Shown one piece after another: positions 22,250 through 33,800 of a stretch of DNA of 36,791 nt; within the stretch, counting starts at the first letter, position 1, and the number at the start of each line of letters is the position of its first letter. The translations under genes were made by a program, and so were the position numbers. Source of the stretch: Phoronis australis (Eukaryota; Animalia; Phoronida); the NCBI GenBank assembly GCA_002633005.1, contig NMRA01001238.1, positions 1 to 36,791 of the forward strand, in the 5' to 3' direction. The notes under the pieces are model-generated. The model saw only the letters and a list, made by a program, of their open reading frames with translations, had not been told where the DNA came from and made no database searches.

Positions 22250-24395
22250 TATTTCGAAAATTGCAAGAGATGCAAATGGGTCCTGGGATACATCGTCAAG
22301 GTTTGAAGTAGTCCATGATGAACGGATCGAATTTAGTTGCGCACGCTGTAAGTCTTTTGAATGGACTTGGTTATCTCAGGGGGCTTAGTGCCAACTGAGC
22401 TTCGAAACGAGATGCTGACAATGTAGAGGCGTACAAGCTCATTGACACAGCAGTTGACGAAGTGCAAGCGTTGGGAACAAACGTTGAAGATGCCTGGGTA
22501 GAATGGTTCCAAGAGCAGCAAACCATTGGATCCGATGTACAGATTCCTCGGCAGTCTAGACAGAAAGAAATGACCAACGTTCCTGGAGAAACACCCAGGT
22601 AATAAGTTATAATTATACACAGTTTGTAATAATGTCGGTTTTTTATGCTTGTGTACAATGAAAGCGAAATAGAAATTATTTTTGGACATGCCAAATTTAC
22701 CCAGTACAACAGAGGGTCTACGAGAGCACAGCAACTGATTATGGTTTGTATTTCCACTTGAGTCCATCTGCTTCATATCCAACAAGAGCAACGCAGAGCG
22801 ATGAAATGCGCCCACAATTGCATCGTATACGGTATCCTTCTAGGGTTGTTTATTGGTACCATAAAGTGGCCAGTAGAGGGCATATATGTAGCATGTTGTA
22901 CTTTGCAAAATGGAAAGGCATGGTCATTGTCTCCTCAATAGGCTAGGGGCAAAATGTGAGTATCTTCATAATACAAGAACATCCTATACATCAGTTGCTT
23001 AAAGCACCACAGAAACATAGAATTAAAAACAAATTTACCAACAAACGAGATTAGCACAGCATTAGAATGCCAGAAACAAATTTCCTTCACAGTCACGAAG
23101 TAACACAAAGTATACACCTGAAGACCTATGAAAATACAGAGGTCAATGTAAAATACTAAAATTGCCACTAGAGGCATACCGGTAGTCAGAATCATCCTCA
23201 AGTCGTCATCGTCCGTTGTCAACATCACATAAATACACTTGTTAAATTTAATAAAGATCCTGCAAACGGTTTGGGAGATACAGCCATAGGAGCAAAAAAA
23301 ACTGCCACTAGGAGGCGCCACAGTAATCAAAGTCATGGGAAATTCAGCGTCAACCGTCCTCTTCATAGTAAGAACGTACATGCCAATTTTCACAATCATC
23401 TTAGAGCGGTTTGGTTGATAGAGGGGTGGACGCCAAAAACAGACTCAACAACAGTAAAAATGGCTACTGGGTGTCGCAAACTAGGTCGAATCCATCCGAA
23501 AACGGGGGGATAGCGTCATCGCACTAATAGGTGCCTACATACAAAATTTCATGAAAATCGGTTAAGGACTTGTGAAGATACAGGGGTAAAAGTAAAAAAA
23601 CTAAAATTGCCACTAGGGGACACACTGGTAGGCGGATCCGTCCAAAAGTCGTCATCGTCTGTTGTTAACATCATATAAATACACTTATTAAATTTCGTAA
23701 AGATCCTGCGAACGGTTTAGGAGATACATCCAAAGGCGCAAAAAAAACTGCCACTAGGAGGCGTCACAGTAATCGAAATCGTCGGAAAATCATCGTCAAC
23801 CGTCCTCTACATAGTAAGCATATACATGCCAATTTTCACAATCATCCTTTGAGCGGTTTGGTTGATAGAGGGGTGGACGCACAAAAACAGACTCGAAAAC
23901 ATTAAAAATGGTCACTAGGTGGCGCAAACTATGTCAAATCCATCTGAAAACGGGAGGGTAGCGTCATCTCACTAATAGGTGCCTACATACCAAATTTCAT
24001 AAAAATCCGTTCAGGACTTTTGAAGATACAAAGGTAAGCGTAAAAAACTAAAATTGCCACTAGGGGGCACACCGGTAGTCGGATCCGTCCGAAAGTTGGC
24101 ACATGCCGTCCCATTTAGGAATGGAACATATGTGCCAAATTTCATGAACGTATGTCAAAGGGTTTTGGAGATAAAGCAGCAGACGCCGGACAGACGCCGC
24201 CCGGACGGATAGACGGACGGACGGAGATGACGGCATAATGCGTCCACATATAAATATGTGGGCGCATAAAAACTTATTTCACGTAGTGCGTAGTTAAATC
24301 TGTACTCAATACTTGTTTCTTCCAGTGAGTACTACAGAACGGTGCGAAAACCCTTCCTAGACAACCTCTCGAAGCAGTTGACCACCAGATGTATG
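22250..24395 (+). pseudogene. hAT transposase fragment (ZMYM1/THAP12-like), exons ~22250-22598 and 24326-~24395
   Basis: VEAYKLIDTAVDEVQALGTNVEDAWVEWFQEQQTIGSDVQIPRQSRQKEMTNVPGETP joins across GT(22599)..AG(24325) in frame to SEYYRTVRKPFLDNLSKQLTTR. Confidence 0.8.
22781..24272. mobile_element. Non-autonomous Helentron-type (DINE-1/pearl-like) element with tandem core repeats
   Basis: AACAAGAG start, subTIR ATGCGCCCACA (22806-22816) inverted at 24257-24267, ~150-bp core repeats, (GACG)n tract, terminal hairpin ATGCGTCCACATA-TAAA-TATGTGGGCGCAT, A-run. Confidence 0.82.
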
Positions 24396-26716
24396 AACTA
24401 CACGTCTGAGCATCCACTGGGGATTAAAAAGTGTCTAGAGAGAAGTTTTCAATTCAAAATTTTTTGCAAAGTAAGCTTTAGGTCTCGCGACGGACCAGGC
24501 CAGCTTGATTTGTGTAGATATCGAGTTTCTGTGTACTTCTGGTCCCTCGGCGAACTAGACTTGTGATGTTTTTTACCAAAGTGTGCTTTGTAAAACTATT
24601 TATCTCAGCCAGTACTGTTTGGTCTCGCGACAGATCGACTATTTTATAGGGATAACAACCACAGGTGTACTTTTGGTCTCGTGACGGACCAGGCCAGAGT
24701 TTTTGTGTACTCTCAGTGTACATCTGGTCCCTCTGCGAACTGCTCCTGTGTATCTTTTCACCATGGTGTAGGCCTTCAGAGTGTTTTGGTTTCGTGAAAC
24801 TGTTTTCAGATGATTTGTTTCCTGATACATTTGACGTTTTTCAATTGTTGTCAACGTGATTCAGCTTAATAAAGTGATACTTATTTGTTTTTGTCGCTTT
24901 TAATAATAGACTATGAGCTCAGAGCACCATCGTTCGCCAGTTTTTCTCGTAACGTGACAGAACACATGTTTATTTTCTTACTAACAGTACAGGTCATCGT
25001 TCTTAAACAGCTTGAGGCTGTTGCGATCATCTGATATCTGAGTTTTTACGCCCCTTCGGTGCTCCTTATGCTCTTGAATGTTTGGTAGTTGTCTAAACCC
25101 CTGTATACACATCACACTTTTTCATATGCTAAAAAGGTGCGTGTAAGCAGATGTTCCAACAAAAAATTTTGCTGGTGGTGTGACTCATACCCAGATGTGC
25201 ACAAATACGGTTTCACGAAACTTATGAGCCAAGTTCATGTGACGAATTCGAGAAGGGTTTTTAATTATCTTAAGAAAAACTCCAGTCACATGTTAAGTGC
25301 CAGAAACGTACCAGGATGCATGGAAATATCACTGTTTGGCTACAAAAACAAAACGTTGTCTTACACCTCCCCCCCGCTCGGCGCCACGCGCCTCGGATTC
25401 GACCTTTGCGGGAATCCTAACCCCCCCTTACTGAAAACGTAGAGCCAGCCCAAACAGATAGCAAATACACATATCTTCCTGCTCGTCATGACTTATCCCG
25501 GATTCCTCCGGCCACGGTTTGGGAGTCCAAGATGTCCAGAATAGAGCAAAATGACTGCTCATCATTGTGAAGTCAACGCCACTCACAACAACACTTTGAA
25601 TAACTTGTCCAGGATGTACGGTCAAGCAGCAATGCTGTCGTCAGCCTAGCAGTGCATTGATACCGTAAATCTAAGAGTACGCCCCACTGTATCGTCACGT
25701 GCTGTGCGTAGGCGCTACGTTAAGACCTAAAAAGATGGTTGGCTGAGCCTACGTGCGCCAACGCCCAATTATAGTCCCGTTTAGACATCAACTTTTGACC
25801 CGGCGCAACTGACACGGAGCAAATGGACCCGTGTCAAGCGGCCGTTCACACACACAACACACTAACTGTGGCAAGACGGAAATTAAAGGCTGGAGCGACT
25901 GTATCGCACATGCGCAAGTTTACAAACGACGACAGTTACAGAGACAAAGAACCCGTATGTAGGTCATTGCACAGGCGCAGTAGAGATGATCCTTTCCGCC
26001 TTACTACAGTTTCGCGTTTAGACTTATAATTGACCTATCGCAAGCTCCGCCCCTATGCGAAAAGTCACGTGATACCCGACAATCGAACGAGATGTCAGAG
26101 GCAAATACACTGTCGCTAAACGACGATCCTGGTGGAATCGATGAGTGTTTTTGCACTATTTGAAAACGCTTCGACAGAGACAAGAGGCGATGCTTTTTTT
26201 TACGTTCATGATAAGGGAATTTGTAAAGGTTACGATGAAAAAATAAGCGCTCGAGCCAGCGATCAGAAGAACCCCTCGGCCTCGGGGTTCACCTTCACCT
26301 GACAAATGACAAGGCCACTGATACGATATGTTCATGTGAAGCTGGGTTGGTATGTACCTTAAAGTCGAATTATCTGTACGATTCCATAGATTTCATGATC
26401 TTTCGAGTAAAATCAGTGAAGATTCACCGATATTTTTATTCTGTCGTCTGCTAAATTTCGCCAAATGAAAAGTAGACTAGGTCACAACTGGTGGGACTCC
26501 TGGAGTAAAGTAGGTCATAGATTACAGACAACACATGCACTAGTCTCTGACTAGGTCGACTCGATAGCACTGTTTACGCTTTTCTAATCTTGTAGCGAAA
26601 TATTTTGATCAAAAAATTCTGGTTCATAGCTCAGGTACACACGCATTTCGTCCTAGGCAAACAGTTAGCTCCGGTAGGTCTAGGGCTGTGTCTAATTCAA
26701 ATTAATGTCTGGAATT

Positions 26717-27023
26717 CAGTGGCGGATCTAGGATACCACAAGGGGGGGGCCAACATGTTGCCTCGTGGAATTGGGTATAGTGCGATTGTATGTGCACAGG
26801 CGGCCCGAAAGTTGCAGGGGCCGGGGATGTAGACCTTTGGACCTTCTGTACAGAAAATCTATCGATGGACAAAAAAACAGGAACACGATTCCGCCGCGAT
26901 CTGGCCGGGGTCTGAGCACCCCTCTTCCTCTACCGATCCTAGTTATTGAACTCAATATTTCCTCACGCTTCACGCTCTTGCTGTTTCATTTTGTTTGCGG
27001 CAGCCAAGTATAATCCGTCTATG
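26717..27023. mobile_element. hAT-like MITE with 5-bp TSD GAATT
   Basis: Ends CAGTGGCGGAT / ATCCGTCTATG; GAATT at 26712-26716 and 27024-27028. Confidence 0.8.
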
Positions 27024-28259
27024 GAATTGTCCATTTGCACCATTAAGAAATTTAAGTTAGGCCTACCTGGCATTTTTTGTAGTTCCATTCCATAACCGTC
27101 GCTTTCATTTAATTTTGACCGTAGCAAGATCACTAAGTCGTGGTATGGTTCCAAAAGATCACAAGTACGTCTGGTGTGGTAGTTGCAAAAATAGGGTATT
27201 TACAAAAATAACTCAAATTCTTTTTTAAAGCTTCATAAATCTAAATATCGTCTTTAAACAACTTCAAAATGAGCTCCCTCTAACTCTACAGACATAGTCT
27301 ATACTAGAGGTACACGTCAAAAAGGAATTCAACAGTTTGTTTTTAGTGACAAAAGCTCGACCAAGGCTTTGAGTTCCGGCAGCACTGAATCCAGTGCCCC
27401 TCCCTGTGCCGATCGAATCTCTGAATTTTGACCGGGAGAGAAGTTCAGTTGAACGCCGGCCAGCCTACGGGTTTATGAATAGCAAAAATGTACTTCTGAT
27501 ACGAAACAAAAGAATGTCCATTCGGTTAAAATAAATAAAAAAACATAAAATAAAAATGTCCCTGAAAACAACAATTTCCGGGGACTACCGCTAGTGTGCT
27601 GAGATCCAGCAGGTGCCGAGACAAAGGCGGCCAGACGTAGTAAACTCGCGAGTCAAAATCTGAGATAGCCCTGCACCATAGACGCCAAGCTCAAAAGAGC
27701 GTATCTTGGAACTAACATATTTGTGTTTATTATAGCCTTCGAGTTATCAAGCAACATCGAGTTCAGCTGCTCGTGTGGCCGTACAGTTTGAAACAGTTTA
27801 CGCTTTTCCACCTCATTTTTCGGCTTAGGACATGCCAAAAAATGTCGGGATATTATTCTGGAGCAGCGTAACGGCTGTCGGTGCTACACACGCCATATCA
27901 ACACCGTTTCACCATTCTTAGCGGACAATTTCTTGAGCTATAGACTAAAGTAAGTTTTACTCGACTACGTGTGGTTTGTCGGGTAAAATGGCGGCTTGGA
28001 AACGCAGACGAAGGTGTGCCAAGAATGTTGCGTTCTGATTGGTCAATTAAGCCGTCCGTCATAATACTGGCGATAGGTCAATTGACCTATAAATCCTACT
28101 TTTTTCAAACTCATACCGGATGAAAAAATGGACATAACAGTATCTTACCGATTCTGAGCTAGTCTTTCATCTACAGAGTGCAAATTTCAATGCAAGACAA
28201 CCAGGCGATCGGCAATATTTCATCTCACAGCACTGTGCGTGGATTCATTTTCTGAACAC

Positions 28260-28550
28260 AAGAGACGTGGAAAATTTTTCGAAAAACAGCATGAAATTTG
28301 GATCAGCAACCTCTGAGTATTCCTGTTAGTCACCTAGGCTATCGGCAAATCCGATGGCAAATGAATTCAGCCACAAACTTGACTTCAAAATGAGCTATGC
28401 GCTCAAATATTGGCTTCCGGACGATCGTTAGCATAGGCCTCAACGGGGCAAACTTCAAACTTCAAGAGACGTGGAAAATTTTTCACCAATGGCGCTGATA
28501 TTTGGCAGTAACAAGTCTTAACGCTATGCCACAGGCTATCGGCAAACTGT
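28260..28550. repeat. Degenerate ~200-bp direct repeat
   Basis: AAGAGACGTGGAAAATTTTTC at ~28260 and ~28464; AGGCTATCGGCAAA at ~28336 and ~28533. Confidence 0.6.
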
Positions 28551-28659
28551 GTAGTTATCTCCCCTCACTTGTAAATTGCTGATTATAGCCTGTTCTTGTG
28601 TATTTCTTATGGATGGCTGGTGGCAAGATTTAGCGCATGGGCAGTAGTGCATGTTACAA

Positions 28660-28744
28660 ATTTCTGGCGTTGGATGTAATGGCATACCCAAAGTGCGCGT
28701 GAGATGGTAATGAGTACACCCGGTACGCAGCAACCTTGCGGCAT
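28660..28744 (-). pseudogene. Possible THAP-domain N-terminal remnant
   Basis: With one base restored the sequence reads MPQGCCVPGCTHYHLTRTLGMPLHPTP; later THAP residues are not evident. Confidence 0.3.
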
Positions 28745-29090
28745 GTTGACTAACTCATAAACAAAACGCAAACAACGACCGAACTTACAACAACCGAGGT
28801 AGAACATAATGACCGACTCGACAGCTCACACAGTTAGACCATAAGAAAACAAAATGGCGGGATAACCAACAAACCGTTTTTTTACTAAAAATGACATGAA
28901 AAAGTTGCCTTCTCCTTTACGCTGCTGCATAATCATAGTAACATCCGGATTACTTGACAGAATGATCTACAGCTAGAAAAACACAATCACTGATCGATGA
29001 GTGGTTTAACCAATTTACCTAAATACCTAGCAGTTTTAAAGCTTATAATTAAAAGTGTTAATCGATGATATAGTCGACCTGAAACGTGGC

Positions 29091-30345
29091 AGTGTTTCAT
29101 GTTCATGATGTTCGTGGATTTTAGGCAAACAATGTAACCGTCCGAGTTGAGAACCTAAGGGATACATAGCGTCGTGACAAACCATGTAACCGTCCGAGTT
29201 GAGACCCTAACGGATACATAGTGTCGTAACAAACCATGTGACCTCCCGAGTTGAGAGCCTAAGAGATACATAGTGTCGTAATAAACCATGTAACCGTCCG
29301 AGTTGAGAGCCTAAGGGATACATAGTGTCATAATAAACCATGTAACCGTCCGAGTTGAGAGCCAAAGGGATACATAGTGCCGTAATAAACTACCTTCAAA
29401 TGCATGGCTTTGCGTTCTAAGACTTCCAAGGTACGACTGAAATCGACCTTTCAGTAACATCACGTGACGGATTGAAATTTCATGACTTCTCGCACTATAC
29501 TGTTGTCAGTATTAAAGTAATCGACACAATCAACGATAACAACACCGTTCCGTTAGTCTGGATTTAGAATAACAATTTCCATGTTCCTGTCATGGAGCTA
29601 CTTCACAACGTTAAGCAATTTCTAATCATTCGACGACGGTCGGTAAGACGATACATGTGTGAGACAACTCAGCTTTCAATGACCCCGGTTGACCCCTTTC
29701 TATGAGCTCTATAAGTAGTTCTTCAAATAGTTTCAGATCAGGTGAATACATCGTTGTGTGCAAACCGATAACAAAATGGGCCTGAAAGGTGTCAGCTAGT
29801 GTTTCATGTTTACGTTGTTTGTGGTTTTTAGGCAAACCATACATCCATATTCGGCGGTTGAGAGCCTAAGTGATACATATTTAGAGTCGTAATCATCTGC
29901 CTTCAAATGGCCTTGCGTTTTAAGACTTCTAAAGGTACCGCTGAAGTTGACCTTCTTTCAGTAACGACAGGTCATAACCGAATGGCTGACATTTCGTGAC
30001 GTCACATGCAATACTGTTGTCAAAGTATTAATATAATCAACACAATCAACGACAACAACACCATTCCGTTTGTCTGGTTTTAGAATAACAATTTCCTTGC
30101 TTCTATGCAGCTTCATTACAACGTTAAACTGCTTCAAATCATCCTAAGGCGAAAGGTAAGACAGTACATGTGTGTTGGCAATGAAACATAACTGAGTTTT
30201 CAATGACCCGGCGTGCTTGACCCCTGTCTGAGATCTCTAAGCACATCTCCTTAAATAGTTTCAAAACAGGTGAATACATCATCTGAAGATGTGGGACGAT
30301 TCCCATGAAACATGTAACAAACGGTTGTGGATTTATTAAAGTAAG
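29091..30345 (-). mobile_element. Two tandem diverged fragments of a Penelope-like retroelement (RT N-terminal region)
   Basis: KEIVILKPDKRNGVVVVD and MYGLPKNHK in copy 2; EIVILNPD*RNGVVIVD and YPLGSQLGRLH(G/C)L-PKIH in copy 1. These match the PLE motifs KPDKGNGVV and LYGLPKIHK. Confidence 0.85.
29127..29386. repeat. 52-bp minisatellite, 5 copies
   Basis: AAACCATGTAACCGTCCGAGTTGAGAGCCTAAGGGATACATAGTGTCGTAAT units at 29127, 29179, 29231, 29283, 29335. Confidence 0.97.
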
Positions 30346-30881
30346 CTCAGCACTAAGGTGTACGAGATCATTTGAAAAACAGAACATTCCTCAAAAATTA
30401 AACCCGTCGTCTACTCGTCTTCCACCCCCTCGTCCAATCTGAACACACAAGGTTTCAAAGGATTTAGAAGTTGGGCAAATTACGCTTGACACCCTCAAAC
30501 TAAAACTCTTGCTTTCCTCCATGTCTGAAAGTAGCATATGTGCTGTGTGATTGCCAACACACCACCTTGAGGGGTCTAGCTCACACTGGATGTAGATATA
30601 GTGAGGTGATTAGGATCCGTGACGGAATGTTGGTGAAGTAAACCGCGCAACAGGCAAGATCTAGCCTACATACGAGCCATAACCACGGATGCACATGAAT
30701 GCAGAATCTGGAAAGTGGGTTCTCTTATCTCTCGTGTGAAAAAGATTTTAGAAGGAAGTAAAGAAATGCAAGTCTCTATGTGTTCACCGTAGCGCCATAG
30801 TGGACTATGTCAATTTGAAATTGTATATTAGGTGAGCCGGTTTGTTGAAACAGTCCGACCAGTGGCACGATATAGGGTATA

Positions 30882-33800
30882 GTGAAAACGCGCATTTTAA
30901 AATGTGTCGATTATTGAGGGTGAAATCGACACATTTCGTTTCGCGAACAAAACCCGTGGAAACTTCCTAATCATGCCCGGACTGGTAACAAAACAGTGGC
31001 GGATCTACGTTTTCAGCAACGGGGGGGGGTTAGGATTCCCGCCAAGGTCGAATCCTAGGCGCGTAGCGCCGAGCGGGGGGAACCCCCCTCCCGTGTAAGA
31101 TATTTTTTTGTGTTTGTAGCCAAATAGTGAAATTTCCATGCATCCTGGTAAGTTTCTATCACTTAACATGTCTCTGGAGTTTTTCTTAAGATAATCAAAA
31201 ACCGTTCTCGATTTCGTCACATGAACTTGGCACATAAGTTTCGTGAAACCATATTGTGCACATCTAGGTATGAGTCACGCCACCAGCAAAAATTTTTGTT
31301 GGAACATCTGCTTACACACACCTTTTTTAGCATACGAAAAGTCGTATACGAAAAAGTGTGGTGTGTATACAGGGGCTTAGACAATTTCCAAATATTTAAG
31401 AGCATAATTAAGGAGCACCGACGGGGCGTAAAAACTTGAATATCAGATGATCGCGTAACAGCAGCCTCAAGTTGTTTAAGAACGAAGACCTGTACTGTTA
31501 GTCCGGAAATAAACATGTGTTCTGTCTCGTTACGAGAAAAACTGGCGAACGATGGTGCTCTCAACTCATAGTCTATTGTTAAAAGCGACAATAAATAATT
31601 AGGTATCACTTTATTAAGCTGAGTCACGTTGACAACAATTGAAAAACGTCAAATCTATCAGGAAACAAATCATCTGAAAACAGTTTCACGAAACCAAAAC
31701 ATCCTGTGCACAGTGGTGAAAAGATACACTGGACTAGTTTGAGGAGGGACCAGATGTACACTGAGAGTACACAAAAAGCTGACCTGGTCCGTCACGAGAC
31801 CAAGAGTACACTGACCTGTGCTTATTATCCGTATAAAAATAGTCGATCTGTCTCGGGACCAAACAGTACTGGCTGAGATAAAAAATTTTACAAAGCACAC
31901 TTTGGTAAAAAACTCACAAGACTAGTTCGCCGAGGGACCAGAAATACACTGAAACTCAACATCTTCACAAATCAAGCTGGCCTGGTCCGTCGCGGGACCT
32001 AAAGTGTACTACGCAAAAAAATTTGAATTGAAAACTCTCTAAAATTTTAATCCCCAGTGGTTACTCATACGTTAGTCCTATCCTTCTGTTGTCTAGACTG
32101 CCGAGGAATTTGTATATCGGATCCAATGATTTGCTCGTCTTGGAACCATTCTACCCAGATATCTTCGATGTTTGTTCCCAACGCTTGCACTTCGTCAACT
32201 GCTGTGTCAATGAGCTTGTAAGCTTCTACAACTGTCAGCATCTCGTTTCGCAGCTCAGTTGACACTAAGACCCTTGAGGTTGCCAAGTCCATTCAAAAGA
32301 CTTACATGCGCAACTAAATTTATTCCGTTCATCATGGACTACTTCAAACCTTAATGAAGAATCCCAGGACCTATTTGCATCTCTTGCAATTTTCGAAATA
32401 AACGTCCCAATGTCTGAACGCTTGAAACTCGAAGTACTAATATCAAATAAATGCCCATGGGCATGAGCGTTTCATCGGGTGAGCCTTTCTGCGGAAATTC
32501 CCAGTATAGAAGACGGCAGTGTGCTTATTGCAGGTAGACAGACGGTAGGTGTTGAGGTCGGAACTAGGGCTCCTTAGGAGGCCTATTGAACATCGCACGA
32601 GTCCCGCAAGACTTTGTTGTGAAAGAACAGCCTCCCCGCAATTTCTGGTACTGTACACTTTTCGCAAATGCGGTCACTTTCTCAATGTGAGTGCCCCCTT
32701 GGTCATTCCTTGTATAGACATAACTTGTTATAGAGTGTGTCTTCAAACGGACTCGCGACCAGACCACGGCGCCCGCCACAATAGCAATTCTTCGGAAAAA
32801 GAATTTTTTTCAAAAATATATGTACATGTACACAATATTACATGTACATGTACACTGTATGATATTACGCAAGACAACTTTACTATACACCAGTTACAAA
32901 CGTGTTGAGTGTAATAGAATGACACGGCATGGCAGATGAGGTAAAAACGTTGCACGTCAATTCGCCTGAATATCAGGGTTGCGGCACCGCAGTATTTCCC
33001 CTAATCAAATCAAAATATATCTTAGAGTAAAGAAGCTAGTTACCTAAAGAAATCAGCTACATGTATTTCACCGGTGGCCATATAAAATGCTTGGCTACTT
33101 CAGAAGTGTCGACGGAAGCGCGCGCACAATAAATCCCCGCGCGTTTTGCCGATGAGCCACAAAGACTCAGCAATTCACAATGCAAAAAACTATGTTTTCA
33201 GAGTGAACCCCCCCTCAATTTTTTCCAAGTTGGTTTACTTGGGGTTTACACACGCTGGCGGTGCCGTTTTTGTTTTGCTGTAGACGCTTTTGCTTTTTGT
33301 TTTTTTTAATTTTTGGGTCCTGGCCCGAGGGGGGGGTTTAAACCCCCTGAACCCCCCCCGTTGATCCGCCACTGCAAAAGTCCGCAAACCTCAAATGTCA
33401 GTCCCCGGGCGACTCCGCTCTGCCAATGAGAACATACCTGTGCGCCCCCTGTCTTCAACTGGCCAGTACGGACGTGCGCCCCCTGTCTTCCACTGGCCAG
33501 GCTCCAACCCGACGGCTACCGTGAATCCGCGCTCCGGCGCCGATAGCCATATACACATTTCTTTGTACTCGCAAAATTTTTCAACCCAACGTTTCTGAAA
33601 GCGACACAAGTGGCCAATAATTGACACATTTCTTGGGACTTAGAAAATTTTGCACATACGTAGGGACAGACCGGCCTGCAGCCGGCTCCGCCCACGCCGG
33701 CACCGCAGACCCCGCAGGATGCCGGGCTTGACACCGTCAGTGGACCGCCGTCTGGCGAGTTTTCGCAGATAGCCGGGACACTACTAGGACTGTATCTCGC

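Larger units (their letters stand above)
22054..25443 (+). mobile_element. Degenerate hAT transposon copy A with intron-split transposase remnant
   Basis: TIR-like CAGTGGCCAATCTA at 22054; 22081-22580 and 24402-25443 align in reverse to copy B (30994-33374); right TIR eroded. Confidence 0.8.

Noticed and set aside
22333-22815. 160-aa and 128-aa minus-strand ORFs
   Set aside because: Antisense shadows of the plus-strand hAT transposase remnant.
22935-23399. 154-aa hydrophobic ORF
   Set aside because: Lies within non-coding core repeats of the Helentron-type element; no recognisable domain.
29127-29386. CRISPR-like regular repeat
   Set aside because: Units are similar along their whole length with no unique spacers, there are no cas genes, and the unit derives from Penelope RT.
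32818-32856. TACATG repeats
   Set aside because: Short simple repeat with no further structure.
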